Of a stretch of 64,000 nucleotides of DNA, positions 28,172-37,397 are shown piece after piece (position 1 is the stretch's first letter; each line of letters begins with the position of its first letter). Under the pieces are notes generated by a model. It did no database searches and had not been told where the DNA came from. It was given only the letters and a program-made list of their open reading frames with translations. Made by a program: the position numbers and the translations under genes. Origin of the DNA: Candidatus Cloacimonadota bacterium. Its GTDB lineage: Bacteria > Cloacimonadota > Cloacimonadia > G963667145. The stretch covers positions 896,001 to 960,000 of the forward strand of contig OY762940.1 of the NCBI GenBank assembly GCA_963667255.1, read 5' to 3'.

Positions 28172-29282
28172 GGGAGTGTGCAAATAACTGGGTCTGAAAT
28201 AAGACCTAATTATGTTTGACAGAATAAGTTATGAACATTTATTAAAATGCCATGAGTATAATCAAAAAAAACGCTGTCCAAATTGTGATAGCTTAAACAC
28301 AAAAAAGAAGGGATATATTTTCTCTGAAAGAACAACTAATCGTGGGAAAATTAAAGTCAAAACTCAACGATTTTATTGTAAAGATTGCCAAATAAGTTTT
28401 ACCAATTTTGGATATAATAAGAGAACTCATTTTGCACCAAAATTCAAAGATAAGGTTGTTACTGACTATATTTCAACCAAAAGTTCTCTTTCTGAAGTTG
28501 CTAAAAGACATGGGATTTGTAAAAATAGTATTCTTAATTGGATACCTCAGCGAGCTAATTTATATCAGGATAATGTGTTACACAGCAATATAGATGAGAC
28601 AACAATTTATATTGATGGCAAGGAAATTAAGATAAACGGTAAGCGAAAAGTTGTCTTAGTCGCCAGTAGCAAACTACTTGATAAACCAATATATTACAAG
28701 ATTTATGATAGAGAACATAGTAGTTCATCTGAAGACTTTTTGAATAGACTAAAAAAAATGTATGACAACAAAATAATTGGGATTGTGTCAGATTTTGGGC
28801 GAGGGAAGTGCTTTGTTAAGCCAGTTAACCAACTTTTTGAAGATGTTCCACATCAAATTTGCTTGGTTCATTATTTAAGAAGCGTTAATATCAATGTTCC
28901 TAAAACAAAAAAGAGTAAGTTTTTTAGACGAAATATTTTCTTTAAGAACTTGATTAAGAGCATTTTAAATGCTGAAACTTTACAAGAAGCTGAAAATAAT
29001 TTAAGTTCGCTTAATCACTATGAAAAATTTTTTCGCCTAAAAATTCATAAGCGTTTTATTAAATCAATTAATCGAAACTTTGGTTTATTAACTGCTCATT
29101 TTCATTACGATTTTTTGGATAAAACAACAAATAAAATTGAAAATATTAATCGACAATTGAATAGGAAATTAAAAAATTTAGACGGATTTAAATCTGAAAA
29201 AAATATGAATCATTTTTTGAAAATTTGGTTCAATAATTATTCAAAAGGAGTGGAAATTAGACCCAATTAAATGCACGCTCCC
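28172..29282 (+). mobile_element. IS256-family insertion sequence, copy 2, 1111 bp
   Basis: GGGAGTGTGCA...TGCACGCTCCC; 8-bp TSD TAAATTAT at 28164-28171 and 29283-29290. Confidence 0.95.
28212..29270 (+). CDS. IS256/Mutator-like transposase
   Basis: Same as copy 1 apart from one visible T/I substitution (NSTLNW vs NSILNW). Confidence 0.9.
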   Translation: MFDRISYEHLLKCHEYNQKKRCPNCDSLNTKKKGYIFSERTTNRGKIKVKTQRFYCKDCQISFTNFGYNKRTHFAPKFKDKVVTDYISTKSSLSEVAKRHGICKNSILNWIPQRANLYQDNVLHSNIDETTIYIDGKEIKINGKRKVVLVASSKLLDKPIYYKIYDREHSSSSEDFLNRLKKMYDNKIIGIVSDFGRGKCFVKPVNQLFEDVPHQICLVHYLRSVNINVPKTKKSKFFRRNIFFKNLIKSILNAETLQEAENNLSSLNHYEKFFRLKIHKRFIKSINRNFGLLTAHFHYDFLDKTTNKIENINRQLNRKLKNLDGFKSEKNMNHFLKIWFNNYSKGVEIRPN

Positions 29283-29792
29283 TAAATTATCAATGTCTTG
29301 ATATAGCCAATGTTGAGAAGAAATACAGCTTAATTACTTTGGTAGAAGTTTTAGAACATATTGAAGACATTGATGGTTTTTTAGAAAAGGTTTATCAGGT
29401 TGCGGAAGAAAATTCTATTGTAATTATAACCGTTCCTCAAGGAAAAAGTATTCATGAGTTGTTGATGGCTATTGTTAGATATTTGAAAAGAATAAAATTT
29501 TTTGCGTGGATAATTAAAAAATATCGAAATTTTATTAAGCGTGGTGAGGAATATAATGAATCTCCTCATGTTCAGATGTATTCGGTTAAATCTTTGAGCA
29601 GTATATTGGAGAGGAATGGGTTTGAGATTTTGGAGGCAGAGAAAGCAGGTATTTTCTCTTTGCTTTTTTGGACTTTTGTACCTTTTATTAAAATTCCTTT
29701 TTTAATAAAAAGGCTTGAAAATAAAGTTTCACCATTTTTTAATAAATTTTATTGTGAGCAATTGTTGTTTGTGTGTAAAAAAGGTTAAAACT

Positions 29793-30776
29793 ATGGGGAG
29801 AAAAATTCTTGTCACTGGTATTACAGGCTTTGTAGGGAGGCATACTTCCAGAGCTATTTTGGCAGAGGGGAAGTATGATTTGGTAGCCATCGTTCGTCCC
29901 GATACTGACCCGAAGCGATTCGAAGAATTTGTTGGTAAGGTCGAAATTATAGAGATTGATTTGTGTGATTTGGTGAGTTTAGAGAAGTATTTGGAAACAG
30001 TCAAATTTGATGTAATTTTGCATATAGGAGCTTTGAGAGGGGGGAAGAAATTTTCTCAAGAAGAGTTCATTAAATCGAATGTAGAATCTACTAGAGTTTT
30101 AGCTGAAAAAGCCTTGATTAAGAATAGTAATCTTGTATTTTGCTCTTCTGTTGGAGTTTATGGAGGTGTTCCTAAAAATCTCCCTGTAAAAATTAGTCAC
30201 CCTAAAGTTCCGGATGGTTGTTATCATGCTACTAAGATTGAAAGTGAAAAAATAATTATGGATTGTGTAAATAGGGGACTTGATGCTCTTATTTTACGAC
30301 CTTCTATTATTTATGGGGTTGGGGACATAGGTTTTGCCTCCAATCTTGTTAAATTAGTGGATAAAGGGATAATTTTTTTGCCCATTAGGAAAACAATAAT
30401 TCATCTTACTGATGTTGATTTGTTGGTAGAAGTGCTTATTAAATCTTTAGAATTAAAAAAATTTAACACAACAATTTACAATGTTGCGGATTCAAATAGC
30501 TTAATTTTGGGAGATTTGGTTGATTTCATAAGTGAAGAATTAAATGGCAATTCTTATCCATTTTACAAAAAACTACCACATCTTTTGTATACTTTGGGGA
30601 GAAAGCTTTTCAAAATTTTGAATAATGAGTTGTGGGTTAATAGATTTGAATTTATAGCATCTGATAGAGAGTATGATAATGGGAAACTTTATGAAGATTT
30701 TGGACTGTCTTCTGTAGAAACTATTCCTTCTATTAAGAAGGTGATTGATTGGTGTAAAAACAATAAGGAAGAATAA
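29793..30776 (+). CDS. NAD-dependent epimerase/dehydratase (extended SDR)
   Basis: ILVTGITGFVG, CSSVGVYG, YHATK, LRPSIIYG. Confidence 0.88.
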   Translation: MGRKILVTGITGFVGRHTSRAILAEGKYDLVAIVRPDTDPKRFEEFVGKVEIIEIDLCDLVSLEKYLETVKFDVILHIGALRGGKKFSQEEFIKSNVESTRVLAEKALIKNSNLVFCSSVGVYGGVPKNLPVKISHPKVPDGCYHATKIESEKIIMDCVNRGLDALILRPSIIYGVGDIGFASNLVKLVDKGIIFLPIRKTIIHLTDVDLLVEVLIKSLELKKFNTTIYNVADSNSLILGDLVDFISEELNGNSYPFYKKLPHLLYTLGRKLFKILNNELWVNRFEFIASDREYDNGKLYEDFGLSSVETIPSIKKVIDWCKNNKEE

Positions 30777-30895
30777 TGAAATTAATAAAATCTATTTTTG
30801 CGTTAGTTGTTTGGCTATTTTGCTATATCCCTACAACTGTGTTTGTATTTTTGGTATTTTTTAAAAGCTTATTTAAGAGGGGACACATCAAATGA
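30776..30895 (+). CDS. 39-aa single-TM small protein (not in the ORF track)
   Basis: MKLIKSIFALVVWLFCYIPTTVFVFLVFFKSLFKRGHIK; TAATG overlap upstream and ATGA overlap downstream. Confidence 0.65.
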   Translation: MKLIKSIFALVVWLFCYIPTTVFVFLVFFKSLFKRGHIK

Positions 30896-31752
30896 AAGAA
30901 ATTTCTCAAAAAGAAAAGGAAACCCTATTTAATTTTATTGAAAGAACAATTGATATGTCTGCTGACGATTTAGATGAAGGGATAGGCACAGTTTATGAGC
31001 GAATAGTTATTGATGAATATTTTAAAAGAATCAAATTTAAGTATAACATCAATACAGTTTTGGAAACACCTGCCGATGGAGTAACGGGCGTGCCCGGGTT
31101 GAATAGTTTGGAATTTGCTAGAAATGGGGCTAAAGTATTTCAAGCAAATCCTTCCCAAAAAATGTTAGATAAAGCCAAGAAGATTTGGGATAAAAAGGGA
31201 TTGGGGGATTTTGTGGAATTTCACAAGTCTGAGATTGATGATTTACCTTTTGAAGATAATAGTTTCGATTTGGTTTGGAATTATTGCATGTTTGAGAGAT
31301 TTGAGCATCCAGAGGTTATGTTGGAAATTATGAAAAAGGTGTCAAAAAAATATGTAATGGTTATGACTCAAAATTTTTGGAATTTAGGAACTTTCGTCCA
31401 TTGGCTTTTTCATAAATATCACAAGTTGGAATGGGATCATGGATATACTAAATTCATGAAATTATCTGGAATTAAGAAAGTTCTTAAGAAGGCGGATTTA
31501 AAAATTTTAGAGATTGGAATGATTGACACTCCTCCTTGGATGGATACTTGGGATATGCCTTTGCGTGGAGAAATAAAGAAAATTTTGTCGCCTTTAGGAA
31601 TGAAATGGAATTGGTCGATTGGCTCTGGAGATGAAAAAGATAGCAAGGGTGGAACGATTTCTTTTTTCTCCAAAATAGAAAAATGGTTACCCCGTTGGTT
31701 TAATAAATTGCAAACTCACCATTATTATGTCTTGTGTGAGAAAAACAGTTAG
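30892..31752 (+). CDS. Class I SAM-dependent methyltransferase-like protein with atypical motif I
   Basis: VLETPADGVTGVPG, LPFEDNSFDLVWN. Confidence 0.75.
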   Translation: MKEISQKEKETLFNFIERTIDMSADDLDEGIGTVYERIVIDEYFKRIKFKYNINTVLETPADGVTGVPGLNSLEFARNGAKVFQANPSQKMLDKAKKIWDKKGLGDFVEFHKSEIDDLPFEDNSFDLVWNYCMFERFEHPEVMLEIMKKVSKKYVMVMTQNFWNLGTFVHWLFHKYHKLEWDHGYTKFMKLSGIKKVLKKADLKILEIGMIDTPPWMDTWDMPLRGEIKKILSPLGMKWNWSIGSGDEKDSKGGTISFFSKIEKWLPRWFNKLQTHHYYVLCEKNS

Positions 31753-32357
31753 AATAATACCATCACTATTCCTACTTGATTTCGAATTTTAATTATTTTT
31801 TCATTATTTGTTAATCTTGCCAGCGGATAAAGCACATATCCTGTTCCGTTTGGATTTAGACATCTTTTCACTGTAGAAAATACGGCTTTTTGAGTGCATT
31901 CTATTTCAAATCGAGCGATTTGCTTTCCTTTGTCATTTGGCATTTTTCCTGAATTTTTTGGAAAGAAGGGAGGATTGCAGATTATGAGGTCGAATTTTTT
32001 TGCATAAGTTCTCAAATCTTCGTGGAGAAACTCAACATTTAGCTCGCTAATTTTAGAGTTGTGTTTTGCGAGCTGGATTAGATTTTCTTGGATGTCGATT
32101 CCAGTTATTTGCCAGTTTGGTTTGGAGAGTTTTAGCATAAAACTCAAAATCCCACAACCACAACCGATATCCAAAACTTTCAAGAAATCTTGAGGATGAT
32201 TTCCCAAAACTGTTTCCACCAAAAAATTCCCGTCACTGGAGACAGCTTGCTCTGACGGAGATTGATAGATGATTTTTTTGTTAGGGAGATAGATTTTTTT
32301 TAAATTGGCAGAGTTTGTAAAATAGTTGTTTCCCAATTGATTTATAGATTTATCCAA
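31749..32357 (-). CDS. tRNA1(Val) A37 N6-methyltransferase-like protein (TrmN6/YfiC family)
   Basis: IYQ....SSD, VLDIGCGCG, ICNPPFF, IARFE. Confidence 0.75.
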   Translation of the reverse strand: MDKSINQLGNNYFTNSANLKKIYLPNKKIIYQSPSEQAVSSDGNFLVETVLGNHPQDFLKVLDIGCGCGILSFMLKLSKPNWQITGIDIQENLIQLAKHNSKISELNVEFLHEDLRTYAKKFDLIICNPPFFPKNSGKMPNDKGKQIARFEIECTQKAVFSTVKRCLNPNGTGYVLYPLARLTNNEKIIKIRNQVGIVMVLF

Positions 32358-32938
32358 TTTTTTAACAATTTCAAGCCTATTTTTCCGCTTTTCTCGGGAT
32401 GAAACTGTGTGCCATACACATTACCTCGTTGCAAAATCGCACCAAAATCCACATCGTATGTGCAGGTCGCCAAAATATCGCTCTCATTTCTCGCCATCGG
32501 ATAAAAGCTGTGAACGAAGTAAAAATCGCTACCATTAGAGATTTCGGCAAATAGAGGATGTTCCTGTTCGTAGTGAACTTGATTCCAACCCATTTGAGGC
32601 ACTCTTTGGCAGGTAAATTTTTCGCAATTCCCCTTGAAAAACCCGAACCCTTTTGCAGTTGGAGCTTCGGTGCTGCTCTCCATAAGAAGTTGTAAACCAA
32701 CGCAAATCCCCAAGAAAGGTCTATCGTTATTTAGCCATTCGAGCAGTTCGGAGTAGCAACCAGAGTTCTCCAGTTTAGCGGATGCATGCCCAAAATGTCC
32801 GACTCCTGGCAAGACGATTTTGTCCGCTTTTTTCAGGTCAGTTGGCGAATTGGTAATTACATATTTTGCACCAAGATAGTTGAGAGCGTTTTTTACAGAG
32901 TGCAGATTTCCCGCTCCGTAGTCGATGATGGCTATCAT
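32342..32938 (-). CDS. hisH: Imidazole glycerol phosphate synthase glutaminase subunit
   Basis: IIDYGAGNL.SV, LPGVG, GICVG.Q, YFVHSF, QFHPEKSG. Confidence 0.96.
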   Translation of the reverse strand: MIAIIDYGAGNLHSVKNALNYLGAKYVITNSPTDLKKADKIVLPGVGHFGHASAKLENSGCYSELLEWLNNDRPFLGICVGLQLLMESSTEAPTAKGFGFFKGNCEKFTCQRVPQMGWNQVHYEQEHPLFAEISNGSDFYFVHSFYPMARNESDILATCTYDVDFGAILQRGNVYGTQFHPEKSGKIGLKLLKNWINL

Positions 32939-33789
32939 GCGTTGTCCTTGTTATTTTTCATTAGGATGTATGAGCCTATTTTTAATCCGATGTGGTCGGC
33001 GATGACTTGGCATTTTGCTTTGAGGAAGAAATAAATCGGCAAATCGGTATCGGAGAGAGCTTCGTAATTTCCTTGCCCTTTGCTGATAATCAGGTCTGCA
33101 TTTTCCAGTTTTTTTCTAAATTCAGGAGAACAAAATTTCGGAACAGTCCCGGGGATTTTCGCTCCCGAACTGACAACCGTAGCAACTTCATCGATGCCGA
33201 TTTTTTTAGCCCAATCTACTGTAATGTCGTTGATAACGGGGATTTCCCGAGTTGCGTAAGTTACAGGCTTATTAATCTGTTCAATGAAGATTTTGTCGAA
33301 AACCCCCTCGGCTGTGTTGTCCCCAAGATAGATGATCGATTTAGCTTTTTGGATGTCTTGCCTAAAAAGTTCAAAATCGTCTATGGCAAATTTGGCAGAA
33401 ACTACGCTTTTAATCTCTTTCTCCATGTCGTATTCCAAGCAAGCACCCAAATCGATTACATTTCCCGCTATCGCTAATCTGGCAGCGGTCAACAGTTTGT
33501 CGCTGGAGTCAGTCAAGATTTTGCTTATTTTGGGTAATAGAGTTTGTGCTTTGGCAACATTTGTTGCTTTAATCTCCGCGTATGGGTCGTCATTTTTCAG
33601 GTAGTCTTTCAGATTGGAATGGATGAAATGGGCAATCTCTGGAGAGGTTGAGTTCATATCGATTTTTGTGAAAAGAGAGCCGGTAAAATCAACAATCTTT
33701 TTTTGTGTTTGTTCTTCCAAATTCGAGAGTCTGGCAAGGTGTAGTGTTTGTCGCAAAAAGCAGGGGAAGCAGTCCAAGCAGGCTTTCAT
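32935..33789 (-). CDS. DUF89/ARMT1-like metal-dependent phosphatase
   Basis: True start MKACLDCFPC at 33789; DPY, AIAGN.ID, DNTAE..FD, INDIT, SKGQGNYEAL, KAKC. Confidence 0.85.
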   Translation of the reverse strand: MKACLDCFPCFLRQTLHLARLSNLEEQTQKKIVDFTGSLFTKIDMNSTSPEIAHFIHSNLKDYLKNDDPYAEIKATNVAKAQTLLPKISKILTDSSDKLLTAARLAIAGNVIDLGACLEYDMEKEIKSVVSAKFAIDDFELFRQDIQKAKSIIYLGDNTAEGVFDKIFIEQINKPVTYATREIPVINDITVDWAKKIGIDEVATVVSSGAKIPGTVPKFCSPEFRKKLENADLIISKGQGNYEALSDTDLPIYFFLKAKCQVIADHIGLKIGSYILMKNNKDNA

Positions 33790-34376
33790 ATGCTTCCTTT
33801 TGTTGAGGGAATTTTGTTCGTGGCTCTCGGCAGATAGTTGCAGGCGAAGCGAAGAGATTTTGCCAACGCTTTGAAACACGCTTCCAATTTGTGATGGTCG
33901 CTGCGACCGTAAGGCATTCTGATTACGAGATTTGCAGGAATATTTTGGGCAAGGCTTTCGAAAAAATCTGGCATCAAATCTAAGTCGAGTTCTCCACAAA
34001 ATTGGCGTTGGAATTGGCAATCGTATTGCAGATAGGCTCTTCCGCCCAAATCGACAGCGACCACAGCCAAGGCTTCGTCCATCGGATAGACGAAGTATCC
34101 GCTTCTTTCGATGCCTTTTTTGTCGCCGAGAGCTTGGCAAAACGCTTGTCCTAAGACGATTCCCAAATCTTCCACGAGGTGATGTTGGTCAACATGTAGG
34201 TCTCCCTTCGCAGTTATTTGCAAATCGAAAAGACCGTGTTTTGCCAGCCCTTCCAACATATGGTCGAGAAAACCAATTCCCGTGTTGATTTGAGCTGTTC
34301 CTTCGCCATCAATGTTCAACCGAACACTGATTTCGGTTTCATTAGTTTTGCGGGAGATAGTGGCAGTTCTTGTCAT
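33786..34376 (-). CDS. hisB: Imidazoleglycerol-phosphate dehydratase (monofunctional)
   Basis: RKTNET.I, TGIGFLDHML, DQHH.VED, PMDEAL, DHHK.EA.FKA. Confidence 0.96.
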   Translation of the reverse strand: MTRTATISRKTNETEISVRLNIDGEGTAQINTGIGFLDHMLEGLAKHGLFDLQITAKGDLHVDQHHLVEDLGIVLGQAFCQALGDKKGIERSGYFVYPMDEALAVVAVDLGGRAYLQYDCQFQRQFCGELDLDLMPDFFESLAQNIPANLVIRMPYGRSDHHKLEACFKALAKSLRFACNYLPRATNKIPSTKGSI

Positions 34377-34378
34377 TT

Positions 34379-36040
34379 TTATCCTAAAATTAAATTCGTT
34401 ATCTCTGTAATATCGCTGATATAGTAGTCGGTTTTGGGATTGTCTATCAAGCTGATATTTGTGCAATTAGCATCAAGAGAGGCGAGAATGTCGTCCACGG
34501 TGTCGCCCACATACACGATTAGTTCAGCTTTGCTTTTTTCTTTGAGGAGGCTCAATCCGTATCCGCTCGGCTTGGATTTTTCGCCTGTGTCTTCCTGACC
34601 GATTTCCCAAGAGAATAACTCCTTTACTCCGAAAAAATCGAGAGCGTATTCTATGTCTTTGTTGGGTCTGCCGGAGAAGATTGCCAGCGGAATCTCTTCG
34701 TTGATTTTTTGCAAATCGGCAATCGGCAATAACCATTTTTCCGATTTTTTATTTTCACTGTAATAAGACTCAAATTTGTCAATCAACTCCTGTTTATCGA
34801 TGGTTATATTTCGTTGTTGCAAGGCGTATTCGGTCAAATCCCAATCGCAGTTGTATCCGCCCATGTTGCGAATTTCGTCGATTTCGTCTGCGGAGATTTC
34901 GTCGTTAGAGTAATGTGCAACTGTGTCCTTGATGGACTTGATGTAAGACAAATCGACATCAATGAGAGTTCCGTCCATATCGAAAACCAAGAGCTTATTT
35001 TCCCAGATTTTTTTAAATTCGGAGCGGAATTTTGTGTTTTCTTCGGGAGTTCCCATAGAGATTCGCAGATAATTTTTCAGCATGGGATTGCTCCCTTGAT
35101 GCCGCACCATTATCTCTTTTGAATACAGATTGGAAAAAATCTCTTTGCTCCAAACACCTGTTTTCACCAAAAGGAAATTGGTTTCGCTTGGCAGATATTT
35201 GATGTTTAGGGAATCGAAAAAATCTTGCATTTTGGTTTTTTCATCTTTGACTGTAGCCAAAATTTGTCGGAAGTGATTTTCGTCGTTCAGAGCGATTTGT
35301 GCTGCCATCAGAGAAAAATAGTTAATTCTAAACGGCAACGAAACTTTTTTTACCTGTTCCATTGTAGCGGGGTTACTCATCGCAAAGCCGATTCTGTGTC
35401 CGGCAAGAGCGTAGGCTTTGGAGAAAGTTCGCAAGACGATTACATTTTCGTGAGTCAAAACCAAATTCCAAAGTTCCTCTTTGGCGAAATGCACATACGC
35501 TTCGTCCAGCACCAAAAGTGAGTTGGGAGCGTTTGTCAGGATTTTTTCGATTGTTTGCCTGTCCAGCATATCTCCGGTTGGATTGTTCGGATTTACGAGG
35601 ATGATTAATCTTGGGTTGATTTTTGCTTTTTCCAAAAATTCATCAACAGGGAAGTTCAAATCTTTGTCATAGCAGATTTTTTCCGCAATTGCACCTTTTA
35701 TCTGCAAGAGCAAGTAATAGACGGAGAAAGTGGGAAATGGGATGAGAACTCTGTCGCCTTCGGTGATGAAAGCTTCCAAGATTAGCGTAATTGCTTCGTT
35801 AGAGCCGTTGCAAACCAAGAAGTATTTGGGGTCGATTTTGAAATATTCCGCTAAACTCTCGATAAGTGAATCTTCTTGAGGATAGACACAGGAGAGAGTT
35901 GGGTCGAATTTGAGATTCTTGAGTTTGGGAGTAGGAGGCAAATTGACCTCGTTGAAGTCCAAGCGGATTTTGTCAATTCTGTCTGAAGGAGGAGCTTGAT
36001 ATGGAGCGACTTCATCCAAATTTGATTTTGCTTTTATCAT
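34379..36040 (-). CDS. hisC: Histidinol-phosphate aminotransferase fused to a C-terminal HAD hydrolase
   Basis: NPNNPTG, DEAY, RTFSKAYALAG.RIG, then FDMDGTLID, SGRP, KP, GDTVDD. Confidence 0.9.
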   Translation of the reverse strand: MIKAKSNLDEVAPYQAPPSDRIDKIRLDFNEVNLPPTPKLKNLKFDPTLSCVYPQEDSLIESLAEYFKIDPKYFLVCNGSNEAITLILEAFITEGDRVLIPFPTFSVYYLLLQIKGAIAEKICYDKDLNFPVDEFLEKAKINPRLIILVNPNNPTGDMLDRQTIEKILTNAPNSLLVLDEAYVHFAKEELWNLVLTHENVIVLRTFSKAYALAGHRIGFAMSNPATMEQVKKVSLPFRINYFSLMAAQIALNDENHFRQILATVKDEKTKMQDFFDSLNIKYLPSETNFLLVKTGVWSKEIFSNLYSKEIMVRHQGSNPMLKNYLRISMGTPEENTKFRSEFKKIWENKLLVFDMDGTLIDVDLSYIKSIKDTVAHYSNDEISADEIDEIRNMGGYNCDWDLTEYALQQRNITIDKQELIDKFESYYSENKKSEKWLLPIADLQKINEEIPLAIFSGRPNKDIEYALDFFGVKELFSWEIGQEDTGEKSKPSGYGLSLLKEKSKAELIVYVGDTVDDILASLDANCTNISLIDNPKTDYYISDITEITNLILG

Positions 36041-36894
36041 AAGATTACCTTACTCAAATTGTATTCCAAAATGTCGCAGGCTCCCCATTTTTTCAGCTTT
36101 GGTAATAAATCGGGGACATCGGCGGTATCCAAAGTGATTTTTACGGCATAGCCTGCATCTCTGGCTAGCGGCATCACGGTTGGCGATTTTAGGCAAGGGA
36201 GTCTGTCGATGATTTCCGTCTTGTCACTGGGGATGTTCATCTCTATCATCGATTTGTTTCTTCCCAAAAGGATAGCCTCAAAGAGCATTTTCAGCTCCAT
36301 AATTTTTTCGCACTTCCACGGGTCGTCCAGTGCTGAAGTAGCGGCAACGAAGTTGGTAGCGGAGTGCATTATCTCGCCGACTATTTTTAAGTTGTTGTCC
36401 CTAAGGGTGTTACCGGTGGAAGTGTTGTCGATAATCATGTCGGCATCCTCGGGAGGATACACTTCCGTCGCTCCGTGCACCGTGAGGAATTTGTAGTTAA
36501 ATCCTTGCTTATCTAGCCAATCAGTTGCAATTTTTTTGTATTCGGAAACTACGATAATTTCTCTTTTTTTCAGCTCTTCGAGAGAATAATTTTCAGGAAT
36601 TGCAGCCACAATTTTCACGGGATTTAGCCCCAAGGACAACACAGTTGTAATTTGGTCGGAGACTTCAGATTCCATTATCCAGTCTTCTCCGGTAAATCCG
36701 ATGTCGTGTCTGCCAAAAGCCAGAAGATTAGCGATATTGCGTGGTTTCATTATCTTTACGATAAGGTCGTTTTTATTCGTTGCCGGACGAAGACCTCTGC
36801 CACTGAGAGTCAAAATAACTCCGGCTTCAGTTAGCAAATCTTTTACTTGGTCAAAAATTCTTCCTTTCGGTAAAACTAAATTTATGTTTTTCAT
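36037..36894 (-). CDS. hisG: ATP phosphoribosyltransferase (long form)
   Basis: LPKGR, DIGFTGED, HGATE, IIDNTSTG.TL..N.L, C-terminal regulatory domain. Confidence 0.95.
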   Translation of the reverse strand: MKNINLVLPKGRIFDQVKDLLTEAGVILTLSGRGLRPATNKNDLIVKIMKPRNIANLLAFGRHDIGFTGEDWIMESEVSDQITTVLSLGLNPVKIVAAIPENYSLEELKKREIIVVSEYKKIATDWLDKQGFNYKFLTVHGATEVYPPEDADMIIDNTSTGNTLRDNNLKIVGEIMHSATNFVAATSALDDPWKCEKIMELKMLFEAILLGRNKSMIEMNIPSDKTEIIDRLPCLKSPTVMPLARDAGYAVKITLDTADVPDLLPKLKKWGACDILEYNLSKVIL

Positions 36895-36904
36895 CTTGTT
36901 CCTT

Positions 36905-37231
36905 TTATTCAGCTAAAATATCTTCAATTTCTTTGATGGTTTTTAAAATATTTTTTTTCAGTGTAGCTCGTTCAAAATCGATTTCTATCTCATCTTTTTT
37001 GTCTTGGTTGTTTAAAACCTTCTTTGCTCCCTTGATGGTATATCCTTGTGTGTGAAGCATATACTTAATTTTTTCGAGAAGTTTAATCTCCTTTTTACTG
37101 TATTGTCGCTTTCTTCCCGAGAGCTTACTTGGGGATAGCTGTTTGAATTCGTTTCCCCAATAGCGAATAGTGTAATCCGGTAGTTTCAAAAGATTACAGA
37201 CTTCTCCAATCGAATAATAAGTCTTTTCCAT
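36905..37231 (-). CDS. MerR-family HTH regulator
   Basis: YYSIGEV...L...TIRYW..EF..L.P....R.Y...GYTIKGAK; likely start MEK at 37231. Confidence 0.85.
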   Translation of the reverse strand: MEKTYYSIGEVCNLLKLPDYTIRYWGNEFKQLSPSKLSGRKRQYSKKEIKLLEKIKYMLHTQGYTIKGAKKVLNNQDKKDEIEIDFERATLKKNILKTIKEIEDILAE

Positions 37232-37397
37232 ACTATGGTGAACGAAACAGGGATGCACTTTGTTGTAAAGTGTAAATTCTAAAATTTTTGGTTGACAGCA
37301 CACGAAGTCAAATGAGATTACAGATGAGTTTTGAGGTTCTGTTTGCTTTGAGTTTTTCTTATTTGTTGTTTGATTGATATACGGTTGAGGTTTTAGA

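Larger units (their letters stand above)
27902..29788 (+). pseudogene. Class I SAM-dependent methyltransferase interrupted by IS copy 2
   Basis: 27902-28171 (ILDIGCGKG, IDID) joins in frame with 29291-29788 (QCLDI..EVLEHI..TVP..H) once the IS and one TSD copy are removed. Confidence 0.9.

Noticed and set aside
27902..28219. Stand-alone 105-aa ORF ending in EIRPN, like the transposase C-terminus
   Set aside because: It is the methyltransferase 5' fragment reading into the IS left end; the shared peptide comes from the repeated IR motif.
2280..29282. Composite transposon carrying the hydrogenase region
   Set aside because: Each IS has its own matching TSD pair (AAAAAAAG and TAAATTAT), showing independent insertions, and the enclosed DNA contains core genes.
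33790..34140. Apparent 116-aa N-terminal extension of the DUF89 ORF (401 aa in the track)
   Set aside because: It overlaps hisB in another frame. The family N-terminus MKACLDC begins at 33789, overlapping the hisB stop with an RBS.
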